Positions 25,936 to 37,867 of a DNA stretch of 64,000 bases are shown here, piece after piece. The notes under the pieces were generated by a model that saw nothing but the letters and a program-made list of their open reading frames with translations, had not been told where the DNA came from and ran no database searches. The DNA lies in contig MU053365.1 of the NCBI GenBank assembly GCA_013239625.1, positions 1,274,115 through 1,338,114 on the forward strand. The letters are read 5' to 3'. This DNA comes from Lama guanicoe. Its lineage: Eukaryota. The stretch's first letter is position 1, and every line of letters starts with the position of its first letter. The position numbers were made by a program, and so were the translations under genes.

Positions 25936-26795
25936 TATATATTTCACATACTGCAAAATTCACCTTTTTAAAGTAAGCATTTCAGTGGTTTTTAGTATAT
26001 TCATAGAGCTGTGCAACCATCACTATGATATAATTTTAGAGTATTTTCATCACCCCAAATAGAAACCCTGCATCCATTAACAATCACTCTGCAATTCCCT
26101 TAACAACTTCAGACCTAGACAGCCACTAATCTACTTTCAGTCTCTGTAGATTTGCTAATTGTGGATATTTCATACAAATGGAATCTACAATACTTGTGTT
26201 TTTGTCTCAGGCTTATTTCCCTCACTATAGTGTTTTCAAGGTTCATCCATGTTGTAGCAGGTGTCAGTATTTCATCCCTTTTTTATTGCAGAATCGTATT
26301 TCATTGTATTGCTCTACTACTTTTGTTTATCCACTCATCAACTGGTAGACATCTGGGTTGTTTCTACTTTTTGGCTATCATGAATAACGCTGCTATGAAC
26401 ATTCATGTACAAGTTTTTGTGTGAATGCCTCTTTTCAATTCTTTTGGGTATATATAAACCTAGGAGTGTATATACTTCATTATTCCATACACTCCACAAT
26501 TCATATATTCCATCAAAATGAACTTTAAAAAGTTCCTGGAATTGCTCAGACATATGGTAACTCTGTGTCTAATCTTTTGAGGAACTGGTAATCTATATTC
26601 CAAAGTGGCTGCGTCATTTTACAATCCCACCAGCAATGTTTGAAGATTACCATTTCTCTACATTTTTGATAGCACTTGTTATTTTCCATTTTTGAAATTA
26701 TTGCCATCTTGGTGGGTATTAAGTGGTATCTCATTGTGGTTTTGATTTGCATTTTTCTAATGACTAATGATATTGAGTATCTTTTAACATGTTTT
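25936..26795 (-). mobile_element. L1MB-like LINE-1 3' end (ORF2 C-terminus plus 3' UTR)
   Basis: ORF 26546-26752 [19 protein letters not shown]...KC...HCWWDCKM.QPLW is the L1 ORF2 Cys-rich tail. Confidence 0.9.
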
Positions 26796-27828
26796 CAATA
26801 AGATGCTACTATTATTATTTATTCAAAAGATATATACTAATTCCTGCTTTGGGCGAGTCATTCTTATCCTTTCATATGGCTTAGAATTCTCCAGTTAGAC
26901 CATGAACTTATTGAGACCAAAGGCCATTAGAAGCATTGCTGTACCTGCAATGGCTAGCTCAGTCATGGCCATATCGAAATACCCTATATGTGTTGAATAA
27001 ATAAATGAATAAATTATTATTGGATATGGAATTCATTGGTGAAGTTGTAAGCAAGCATTTCTGAAGCACCTCCATGAGGTGTGCCTGTTGCCTGTGGTTG
27101 GGCTTTAGTGGCAGGCAGATTCAACTCCAAAAGCGATTTGTCATGGTCTTAATCATTATTCTGCTCTACATTACAACTTTTAACTCTGACAAGGCTCTGC
27201 TGGATCCAGATAAATGTGAGTACTACATTCAAGCATATGGTAAGAGGGAAAAAAACCCTGTTCCTGCCAGGAAGTCACTGTGTCCCCTTCAGGGAAATAC
27301 TGTGGGGCCTGGGTTCCCCCTGACGACTGGGGGTACTGTGTGCCTGCTGTATTGAAACCCTGTGCTGCCTTCTAGTGATGGTGGACCTGAGAGAGCGTTT
27401 TGTGTTTTAAGTGCTTTCAGTTCTGCCAGGAATAAGCATACTCAGTCTTGGATGAATTAGCAAAATGATTCTGGCAATTTTCATCTATATTTTCTGTGAA
27501 AAGTATATGTATATTTAATATACACTCTCATTGTTCCTTCAGAATATGGAGTGAAACAACATTGATTTATTTGCAACTTTGACTGTTTTGAGTACTTTAT
27601 TCCAAAGGTATAAATCATGTTGAAAATTGGAAACAGATTTTATTTACTAAATACATTTTGGCTTTGCTTAAGACATTTTCCTCCTCTGCTTTCTCGTTTA
27701 TTGTGAACTCTACAAATTAAATATATTAGAAAGGCAGGTGGGCTCATGGGAAGAGTATAAGCTTTAACGCCAAATAGATCTGGTTCACATCAACCTCTGT
27801 CACTTGCTAAATATGTGATCCGTGGTAA

Positions 27829-28482
27829 TCTGGTAGCAGAATAATACCCCCCTTCGAAGGTGCCTGTGCCCACGTCTTAATCTGTGTATCTGTTACCTTG
27901 CATGGTAAAGTTGACTTCAAAAATGTGATTAAGGTTATGGACTTTGAGATGGCGAGGGTGTCCTGGTCATGCAGGTGGGCTCAATCTAATCACAAGAGTC
28001 CTTAAAAGCGGAAGACTTTTTCCAGCTGAAGTCAGAGAGATGCAGGGAAGTGGGAGGCAGAAAAGTGTTGGCAGAAGGGGAAGTCTGAGAGGTTCAAGGC
28101 GTGGGATCGACTGGACTTGTGTTTCCTGGTTTGAAGATGGAGGGGCCATATGATGAGGATTGCAGGGGCCTTAAGGAGCTGAGAGAGGCACCTAACTGAC
28201 AGCCAACAAGGAGATGGGAATCTCAGACCTACAACCGCAAGGAACTGAATCCTGTCAACAACCTGAAAGAGCTTAGAAGCCTATTCTCTCCCAGGGCCCC
28301 CAGAAGAGAGCACAGCCCTGCCCACACCTTGATTTCAACCTGTGAGACCCTAAGTGGAGGACCCAGTTCAGTCACACCATACATGAATTCTGATCTGCAC
28401 AACTGTGAGATAATAAATGGATGTTCTTCTAAGCTGTTAAATTTGTAGTGATTTGTTATAGCAGCAGTAGAAAGCTTATACA
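27829..28482 (+). mobile_element. MaLR solo LTR (MLT1D/E-like) inserted in a MIR
   Basis: gttaccttgcatggtaaag...gtgattaaggttatggactttgagatgg...gactacaacc-like and gcaaggaactgaatcctgtcaacaacc motifs, end ttatagcagcagtagaaagcttataca; MIR halves on both sides. Confidence 0.85.
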
Positions 28483-29276
28483 GTAAGTTGTCTGTAAATT
28501 GGAAATAACAACTGCCTACCTTGAAGGGTTGTTGTAAAGATTAGAAATTACATATATGAATTGCCTGACATACAACTGGGAACTAGTAAATGAAAGCTTC
28601 ATATGTAGAAGCACCATAGTGAGAAATGTAAAGAGGAGAGGAGATGTTAATAGAAAAAAAGAGGTCTTTGTTCATATGGTCATATGACCTTTTGCATAAG
28701 GTCAAATTCAGCTGACTTGTATTACACTGACTGGCCGCTGGTTGTTGGTAACAGCATGAGGACATCTGCTCACCTGCTTCTACTGCTGAGTATTTGAAAA
28801 ATACAGCATGTTCTAGTGATAAGTGATGCAAGGAAGTGTTGTGAGGCAGTAAATATTTAAATGAACTTTAATAAATCACTGGAGATATTATGCTGGGTAA
28901 CTGCATCATTTTCCCACTACTGCTGAAAGAGGTCTGCTCTGATTTTCTGTATTTATAGTGAAAATAGTCGGAGGAGGAGAAGAAAAAAAATCCGTTCTTG
29001 TAGAGCTCTGTTGGCATGAATTTCCCCATCTTAAGGGATTCATGGAATAGAGAATGACCCCCAGGAATGAATACTAGATCTCCCAGAGACATGGTAAAGT
29101 CCCATGGGTCCTGGAGGAACAATGAAACATATTTTGCCTTTCCTTGATACAAGGACAGAGAATTTCCCTGAGTGCATCCTGGGACTTGGAAAAAAAAATG
29201 ATTGCAACATACTCGTCTCCCACGTCTGCTTCTCTGCCCTCCAACCTTGCCTCTGGATATAGCTTAGGCATACCTT

Positions 29277-29713
29277 GTATATTAGTCAGTTCTGTTGTAG
29301 TAACAAAAAACTCCAAGCTCTCAGTGGCTTATAGCAGTGATTTCCTTCTTGCTTATATTACATGCTGGTTGGTCTGCATCTGCTCCTGGCTGTTGGCTTC
29401 ATGCATTTTCTCACTCTAGGACCCCAGCTGAAGGAGCAGTCCCTGTTTGGGATGTGCCACATTCATGACTGAGGGAAAAGAGCAAGAATCAGGGCAACAC
29501 CATGGGATTTAGCTTAAGACTTCTGCTCAGGTGTGATGTTATGTCATGTCCACTCACATCCCATTGGACAAACACAACATCAACGAGGTGAGAAAGTATA
29601 CCCCTCCCATATAAGGCAGTACGAGTCACTTGGCATTATGGATGGGGGTATATAATCCTTTTAAGGGGAAGAGAAGGGCAGATCCTTAGGAACCAGTTAC
29701 CCAATCTACCATA
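29277..29713 (-). mobile_element. MaLR LTR (MLT1I/J-like)
   Basis: tgtatattagtcagtt...ctcagtggcttatagca...ccagctgaaggagcagtccctgtttggga...ctcacatcccattgg...aatctaccata. Confidence 0.7.
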
Positions 29714-32234
29714 CCTTGTCTTCAGTCCTCCTGAACCAAGAGTTCTTATCTGACTTTCTGCCTGTGTTCCATTACACTTACCTTAACCACTATCCTTAAC
29801 CACTCTTCCTAGGAATATAGTTTCCAGAATTCCTGTCCTGACTGCAGGGCACATGATCTTGTCCTGGTAGTTGGTTTAGAGTTTTTCTCCTTAGGTGGGA
29901 TACACTCTATTCCTACTGCTATGCAGAAAGGTATGCAGATTATTTCAAGGGTATAGAGACTTATTGAGGAATAAGTGTAAAAAAAATTCTCTTACTTTTG
30001 TGTGAGGTGAACTTAGCTGGACAAATCCTCATGGCTGTAGATAGCTCAGGTAACCCAGGCACTGACCCAACCTGTTCTGAACACAAATCAGCCTCACAGA
30101 TACTACTTCACCTAGATGCTTTGCACTCAAAGGTATTTTGACTCAAATTGAAAGTTAGAGCATCCACAGGAGCCATGCATTTTGCTTTGCATTAGAAGGC
30201 ACTTTGTGCTGGAAAGAATCTTGTCACAACGAGCCTGTTTGTATTTGATGTAGAAGATACAGGTTCGTCTCACCAAATGGGCACTTAGGAAACAAGTAGG
30301 ACAGCTCTTTACTTCAGTACTTACGTAGGCATGATCAAAACTGAATTTTGGCTTTCACCACAACTGGTCCTAACCAGAAGGGAAAAAAAAATCTTATTGA
30401 TTAAAGACTGTGAACCTTTTTGCCAAACCCTGTACTGGATTTATCCATGAAGGCTCTTTCCTGACCCATGAAAATGAGACTTAAGTTCCATACAGAGACC
30501 TGTGGACTCATCAGAGAGTAACTTTTCACTCCTACATTACCATAACCATCATGAGCCTCTTTCTACTATTTAGTCTCCTGATTTGTATATCTCAGGGAAC
30601 TCCTTAAGAAATTTCTTCAATGATGTGTCAAGTAAAAAACTCAGCTTTTTTTTTCTTAAAAAAAAATCTCTGGGAGGTCTTTGCTTAATTCTTTGCAAAG
30701 CAGTTCCATATAAGCAAAATTTTCCTTTCTAAATCTTTCATTCCTACATCTTTTTATTCCCCTCAATGATTCATTAAATATAATCCCAGTAAATTTAAAA
30801 ATTATCGTATGTGAAACAAACATATCTGAAATTATACAGATTCCTAAGAACTTGAGAAATTCCATGCTGAATCTGACCTAAAGATTTGGTCAAGAATGGT
30901 GAATAATGGCAACGTTACTGCTAGTCAATCTGCTGCACAACTGGAAGAGTCACCACTAATCAATCATCACACTTTTACTAAGCCTGGAAAGGACCCGAAA
31001 ATTAAGGGAATCTCTTTTGGAACAGAGTTATCATCAACGGGGACTAAAAAACCCCACAACTCAGCATTGTCACTCTCTGCTTGATATACTAAATACTACT
31101 TGCTAAACAGAAGAAACTCTGTGTTTTCTAAAATTACCACTTTAAAGTTTTAGGGTGGGGTGAGGGTAGGGAGAGTAATGTTGTCCTGTAATTCTGATCT
31201 TCTGTGATTTTACTCTGTCTAGGCTTACTCTATCTATATTACAACTTTACAGATTTTGGACCTATCCCTTCTTGATCTTCTTTCTTTTATACAAAGAACC
31301 TGAACATAGTTGAATCTTTTCTCATAATTCAGCCTTCCTCAAAGTATACATTCTTTTGATCATTTAAATTACCCTTTTCTGTAGCAAAGCCAAGTATAGA
31401 ATACCTTTATTAGGGTGTCGCCTAAGCACTGCCCATGATGTGCCAGGTTGGAGAATCCAACTGAAAGGGCCACTGAATGAAAGGTTCAACTCTCTAGGAA
31501 AGTAAGACATCCAGAACAACCATAGAGTCCAGACCTCACCTGTCTGTGGCTCCCAAATAAGCGCACTTTGTCTTTTCCCCCTATTTTTGTCCTTAGATTA
31601 TGATGACCCTGAACCCCTACCCACACAAACACTCAAGCAGTCTGATCTTTTTACACCTTTCCCCTTGGGATTTGTCCCCTTAACAAGTCCCAAGGTTCTC
31701 AGGAGTTCTCAGTTTAGATGGTTAATCCTGAATGGTCCTATTTGTTGCTGAAGACTAAACAAAAAACACTGTGGAAAGAAATGTTCTGATTGCCGCTGCT
31801 CTTCTACACCAAGGGTCTAGGATAGCTGCAGAAACTCAGCCCTGATTCCCACCATCAGTGCTACTGTTGCATCTACCACACCATTGGATCCTGGGAATAA
31901 AAGATACTGTGCTCCTCCTTTTGGCCTTATCGTCCCTGGGTGTTCTGCATCTTAATTAGCATGGGCCTCAAGAGATATAACTTGTGGTAATCTCCTGGAC
32001 ACACACATACATCCTTCAGTTGTTTTCCCTAATGTACAACCATAATTCTAATAAAGTTAAGCCAGCAAGAGCTGATACATTAACCACCACCCCCTAATCT
32101 AGCAATGGAATGAAGTAACCTAGAAAACACTAGGTGAGCCAGTAACTTCCACAAGAGGGATAGATGGGTAGTCCCCCAAGAGTAGTTTACTAGGGCTGCT
32201 ATGACAAAATACATAGACTGAAGGAATGCCTGCA

Positions 32235-33090
32235 GCCTGCACATCTCTTGAACTCCAAACTCAATTATCTACTTAATATTTCCAAACGGTTGACTAATAG
32301 ACATCTGAAATTCAACATGTTCAGACCTAAATTGATTGTTTACACCACTAAACCTTTTCTTCCAATAGCCTTCCTTAACTCCATTGAGAGCAACTCCATC
32401 TTTCCAGTCACTCAAGCCTAAAACTTAAGAATTATTTCTTGAATTCTCTCTTATATCCTAATCCAACCCTCAGGAGATTCTATTGACTCTACCTTCAAAA
32501 CATGTATAGAATCTCATCATTTTCTTTTTGCCACCACCACTTCTACTACCTTGGTCCAAGCCACGATTGTCTTCTTCCTGGATTACTACAATAGATTATT
32601 AATCGTCTCCCTGCTTTCCCCCATTCTTCAATTTATCCTAAATGTTAATGGTAGAATGGTCCTTTAGAAATCTAAGTCTGATCGTATCAGTGTTCTACTC
32701 AGAACCCTGCAATGGCCCACTGTTCACTCAGAATAGAGCTCAAAGTCCTTTTAATGGCTTACAAGGCCTTAAGTATCTGGTCCCTGACCACCTCTCAGAT
32801 CTCATTCCTTCCTGCTCTGCTGTTTAGTCACTCTCCTCCAGCCACACTGACCTTCTGCTGTTCTTCAGATACGTCTGCCTTTGCTTTGGCTGTTGGCTCT
32901 CTTACCATTTAACTGTGTGTAGCTAACTTCCTTAATGCCTTCAGATCTTTGCTGAAATGTCAGTAAAGTTACTTTGCAAGACAAATTTGGGCTTGAATTG
33001 GATTCTGTAGCCACAGTGCCTAGCCAGGTACATAGTAGGTATTCTGTAATTGTTGGTTGATTAAGTGAAGGCCTGAATAAATGAATAGAA
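32235..33090 (+). mobile_element. L2 LINE 3' end
   Basis: aatagacatctgaaattcaacatgt, ctaccttcaaaacatgtatagaatct, cctggattactacaatag, terminal gaataaatgaat. Confidence 0.85.
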
Positions 33091-34019
33091 AAATCTCCTG
33101 ATTTGTGTTCCCATGTACCTTCTTCTCCAGCCAGAGTGAATTATTTGCTTTCTTCATGTATTATTTATCCTTACTCACCTAACTTCTAGCATGTTGCCTG
33201 GCTAGAAGTTACTTGAGTACACAGTAAGTACTCAACAATACATTGGATGGGTGAGTGAATGGATAATGAGTCACTGATGTACTAGAAATGTTCATAAATT
33301 CAGTCAAATCATTGCTTTGTTGATTTCACTTGACCATCTTGTGTAGACGTAAGTTAAACCCATCTACACTGTTGAAGGATTCATGCTGTGTCCTTCGCTG
33401 ATCCTGGTCTGTACATTTTCATCATCTATGAAGAGAGAGAAGGTAATTTTTCTGGGTTTAACTTGGTTATAGTTTTAGGAGTATTATGCTTTTTAAAATA
33501 ATTTAAAAATCCCCAAACTCTAGCTTTTCCCTTTATTCTTTGTCATTGGTGCAAATTTTGTTACCTCCTTGGGACAGTTGCCAGCATAATAAAAATAAGA
33601 ACACAATATTTCCATGGAAGACCCATCCAAAATTAACATAAAATGTATGAGCATTGACAGAACAATTAGATTGATTCACTTTTTAGAGCTAGCTTGTTGG
33701 GAGCTGACTCATCTAAAATAGTGTTAAACTGTTCAGTTATACAATGAATCTATAAAGAGGTGGCATAAGATAATAGATTCATTTTTATATTTATTTTTGC
33801 GTTTTGACATTAAAAGAAAAAAGAAAACATTCTTCATAAAAAACATTTGTATTAATTTAGGTTTATCATTCATGTAACAGCAGCATTAAACTTACAAAAG
33901 ATGTGTAATGGCTCAAAGACTATTAGGCTTTTGTCTCTGGTTTCAGGATGATATCAGGCTATGTATTTACAGAGAAAAAGCCATTAGCATCCTTAATTCA
34001 AATGAAATAAGGTTCACTG

Positions 34020-34480
34020 CTTTAGGACATCTTTTGCATCAGTTTGGATTAGGTTTGGCTATGAGTAGCAAATACGTGAAAATGAGTGCCTTAAACAAGA
34101 TGTAGATTTATTTCAGTCTGGAGAGAGGAAGTTTGGGGCTAGGATGGCAGCTCCGTGGTATCAGGGACCCAAGCTTCTCTTATTTTCTTGCTCAGCCATG
34201 CTTGACTCCAATGTCTTCTCAGAGACCAAGATGGCTCCAGGCATCCACATTCATTGCTTCAGAAAAGGGGAAGAGAGAGCAAAAATGATGTTACCTCCAT
34301 TTCTCTTGGAAGTATCATACTAGACTTAAACTTGTCTTGAACTCAGTTATGTAGTCATTCCAAGCTGCAGAGAAGTCTTGGAAATGTAGTTTTCTTAGCT
34401 GTATGTATGTGTCTGGCTTAAAAATTCAGGTTCTTTTATTAAGAAGAATAGGGGAATAGGTATTGGAAAGGCAAATAGTC
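34020..34480 (-). mobile_element. MaLR LTR (MLT1J/K-like)
   Basis: gtgccttaaacaagatgtagatttatt...atcagggacccaagctt...caagatggctcc...agctgcagagaagtcttggaaatgtag. Confidence 0.65.
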
Positions 34481-35074
34481 TCTCCCTTATCCCAATGTGG
34501 ACTGCTGGGGAAGAATGCTTATCTCATGTTGTCTTTACATGATGCTTTTATTAATCTTTGTCACGACTATAGTGGACTCTGTCAAACTCCAGCAGTGCCT
34601 CTGGGGTGATGGGACTTTTTTCCTGTTTCATGGACTTTTGAAGTTTGTTCCACATCCTGTGTATAAATAGTTCTCAACAACATTCTTTATGATCAGTTGG
34701 TTGAATTATGACTGATTTAGAGAGAATTAACTGCTTATTCTGATTGTGAGGATAAGTCTCTTAAGAGAAATATAATCTATCTCTACCTTTTAATTGACCA
34801 ATTGACTACATAGGCCTTCTCAATCATTAAGAATATGATAGAGATTGAGTCCGTTATAAACAGAATATTTTTTAAAATTTTGACTTGCTCTCCATCTCCT
34901 CCCACATAAACAACAGACAAGAAAGCCAGAAAGGGAAATGTATCTTGTTTTGATATTAAGAATTTTCCCAATGGTATAATAATTTAAAATATATACATGT
35001 TAATAATACAGGGTTATTTGGCATAACCAATATGACTAGTATCATGAGATCACTGTTTTAGTGGTATTTGTTCT

Positions 35075-35705
35075 TTTTAAAAATTTTATTTTATTGTTGT
35101 AAGAACACTTAACATGAGATCTACTCATTTGAATTTTGAAGTATATAATACATTATTGTTCACTATGGGTACAGTGTTGAACAGCAGATCTCTAGAGCTT
35201 ATTCATCTTACTTAACTGAATCTTTATTCCCATTGATTTGTAAAATCCCATTTCTCCCTCCCCCACCAGTCCCTGGCAACCAGCATTCCACTTCTTGATT
35301 CTGTGACTTTATTTTAGATGCCTCATATAAGTGGAACCATGCAGTATTGTTTTTCTGTGATTGGCTTATTTCACTTAGTATAATGTCCTGAAGGTTCATC
35401 ATTTCTTTTAAGAGGCTGAATAATATTCTACTGTATGCATATACCAAATTTTCTTTATCCATTCCTCTATTGATGGCCATTTAGACTGTTTCTACATCTT
35501 GGTTACTGGGAATAGTGCTACAATGGACATGGATCTCTTTGAGATCCTGATTTCAAAATTTTTTGGATAAATACCCATTAGTGGGATTTTTGGATCATAT
35601 GGGTTTTTATTTTTAATTTTAAAGTGAAACTCCATATTGTTTTCCATAGCAGCTGCACAATTTGGCATCTAATTTCTCCAGATCCTCACCAGCACTCATC
35701 TCTTA
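35075..35705 (-). mobile_element. L1MA9-like LINE-1 3' end
   Basis: gtaagaacacttaacatgagatctactc...cagcagatctctagagcttattcatct; ctttgagatcctgatttcaa. Confidence 0.8.
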
Positions 35706-35892
35706 TTTGGAAATTTGTTCTTTATATCTTTCTAGCAACCTGTCCCTAGCTTCCTTTAAGGATTTTTTTTTCTCCACTCATTGCAGTTCACAGGTGGGCA
35801 GATAATTGAAACCAAGCCAATCATAATGCCCCATCCTCCTGGACACATTGATTGGTCCAGGGGTAAGCTAGAAGGATTAAAATTGGGGGCTA

Positions 35893-36625
35893 ACTCCAAC
35901 ATTGTTGGTGTGAATGTAGTTTGGTGTAGCCATTATGGAAAACAGTATGGAGATTCCTTAAAAAACTAAAATGGACACCCTATGATCCAGCAATCCCACT
36001 CCTGGGCATATATCCGGAGGGAGCCTTAATTCAAAAAGATACATACACCCCAGTGTTCATAGCAGCACTGTTTACAATAGCCAAGAAATGGAAACAACCT
36101 AAATGTTGATGACTGGATAAAGAAGTTATGGTATATTTATACAGTGGAATACTACTCAGCCATAAAAAAGAATAAAATAATGCCATTTGCAGCAACATGG
36201 ATGGCCCTGGAGAATGTCATTCTAAGTGAAGTAAGCCAGAAAGAGAAAGAAAAATATCATACAGTATCACTAATATGTGGAATTGAAAAAAAGACACAAA
36301 TGAACTTATTTACAGAAAAGAAACAGAGTCACAGACATAGAAAACAAACTTGTGGTTACCAGCAGGGAAAAGGGGTGGGAAGGGATAAATTGGGAGTTTG
36401 GGATTTGCAGATCCGAACTACTATATATAAAATAAACAACAAGGTCTTACTGTATAGCATAGGGAACTCTATTCAATATCTTGCAGTAACCTATAATGAA
36501 AAAGAATATGAAAATGAATATATGTGTATATAAGTATGACTGAAACATGCTATACACCAGAAATTGACACAACATTGTAAACTGACTAAACTTATATAAA
36601 AAATAGGAAAAAATAAATGAAAAAA
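35893..36625 (+). mobile_element. Lineage-type LINE-1, 5'-truncated (ORF2 tail, 3' UTR, A tail)
   Basis: ORF 36144 EYYSAIKKNKIMPFAATWMALENVILSEVSQKEK is the L1 ORF2 end; A-rich tail ~36597-36626; degenerate TSD aaaattgggggcta / aaagatggggacta. Confidence 0.9.
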
Positions 36626-37229
36626 GATGGGGACTATAGTATAGCCATAATTTCTATAACAAGGAAGAATTCTTCCTGCCTTGTAACAGAATGCAATCAA
36701 GCAAAAATGAGTGATCAATGATCAGAATGGGAGAGGAAGAGAGAATGAGCAACTCAACAGCATGAGGTCCCTAGGGTGCTAGAGGTCAGGGTTGATTTGA
36801 TCAGTAATGCTTAGGCTTATTGTACATTTTTAGGAGCAGAGTTTCATGTTTACCTCATACCATAGTAGTAGGTTTTGATTAAATGGTGTAGAAATTATAA
36901 CTACTTATGAGAAACATGCTTGTTCAAAGAGTCTCAGTTGAATATAAAAATACTGCAAATGGCAAACTTCATCACTTGTGTTTATTCAAGTTGCCTATAT
37001 TGTGTGGTATTCAGTGAATTCAAAGTGTTTCCAATGCTATGACTGATTTAAAGGAAACATTCTTACTGATAACGCTAGTAAGTTTTTGCTGAAACCCTGT
37101 GCAGGCCGGTTAGCTCTTTTCAATGCCACAGACTTCACAGGCACCCCTGTGCTACTGGTTATGAGAGATAGAAAACCTAAGAGAGCATGGATTACTGACT
37201 GCAACCCAAAGTACCTGTCTTCTTATGGC

Positions 37230-37635
37230 TCATTTAATTTCTTTCAAACCATTGCTGATCACCTAAAATTGTCAGGTACTATGCTAGGTGCTAGGATATC
37301 TATTGGTGAACAAGACACACACACACAGCTTCTGTCTTCATGGAGCTTACTTAGTTAAGGAGGCAGACAATAAAGAACTAAAGGAATAAAGAAGAAAATA
37401 TCAGGTGGTGATAAGTGTTATACTGAAAATGGAAGAGGGTAATCTGATTAAAAATGACTGAGTTCTCATGTGAGAAAGTTGGTAAGGGAAGGCTCCTCTG
37501 AAGGAGCAAAAGCCTGAAATGACAAGAAGGGACCAGGCTAAGAAAGCACAGGAGAAGTATTCCAGGCGAAGGAACAGTTAGTGCAAAGGTCCTGAGGCAG
37601 AAATAGACTTAGTGGTGTCAAGCATTGAAAAGATG
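37230..37635 (-). mobile_element. L2 LINE 3' fragment
   Basis: gtcaggtactatgctaggtgctagg...catggagcttac...tattccaggcgaaggaacagttagtgcaaaggtcctgaggcag. Confidence 0.8.
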
Positions 37636-37831
37636 ATTGATTAAGTATCATTTTCGATAGAATAGGGTGTATCGAATGGCCCTACCATTGTTAACTGGAG
37701 GAAAACCTTACAATTCAAATCAGCCTCTGAAACTTTGTAAATGTTAGTAGTAGCAATTATACAGGTGGTGGGATTAGGGATTCCTTTTATTTTTGCTTTT
37801 CTGTATTTTCCATTTTCTTGCTTAATAATGA

Positions 37832-37833
<2 letters not shown>

Positions 37834-37864
<31 letters not shown>
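37834..37864. repeat. (CA)n microsatellite
   Basis: Read directly. Confidence 0.95.

Positions 37865-37867
<3 letters not shown>

Noticed and set aside
31500..32150. LTR-like sequence (also ~13300-13800 and ~55400-55900)
   Set aside because: Probably ancient LTR remnants, but I could not establish termini or family.
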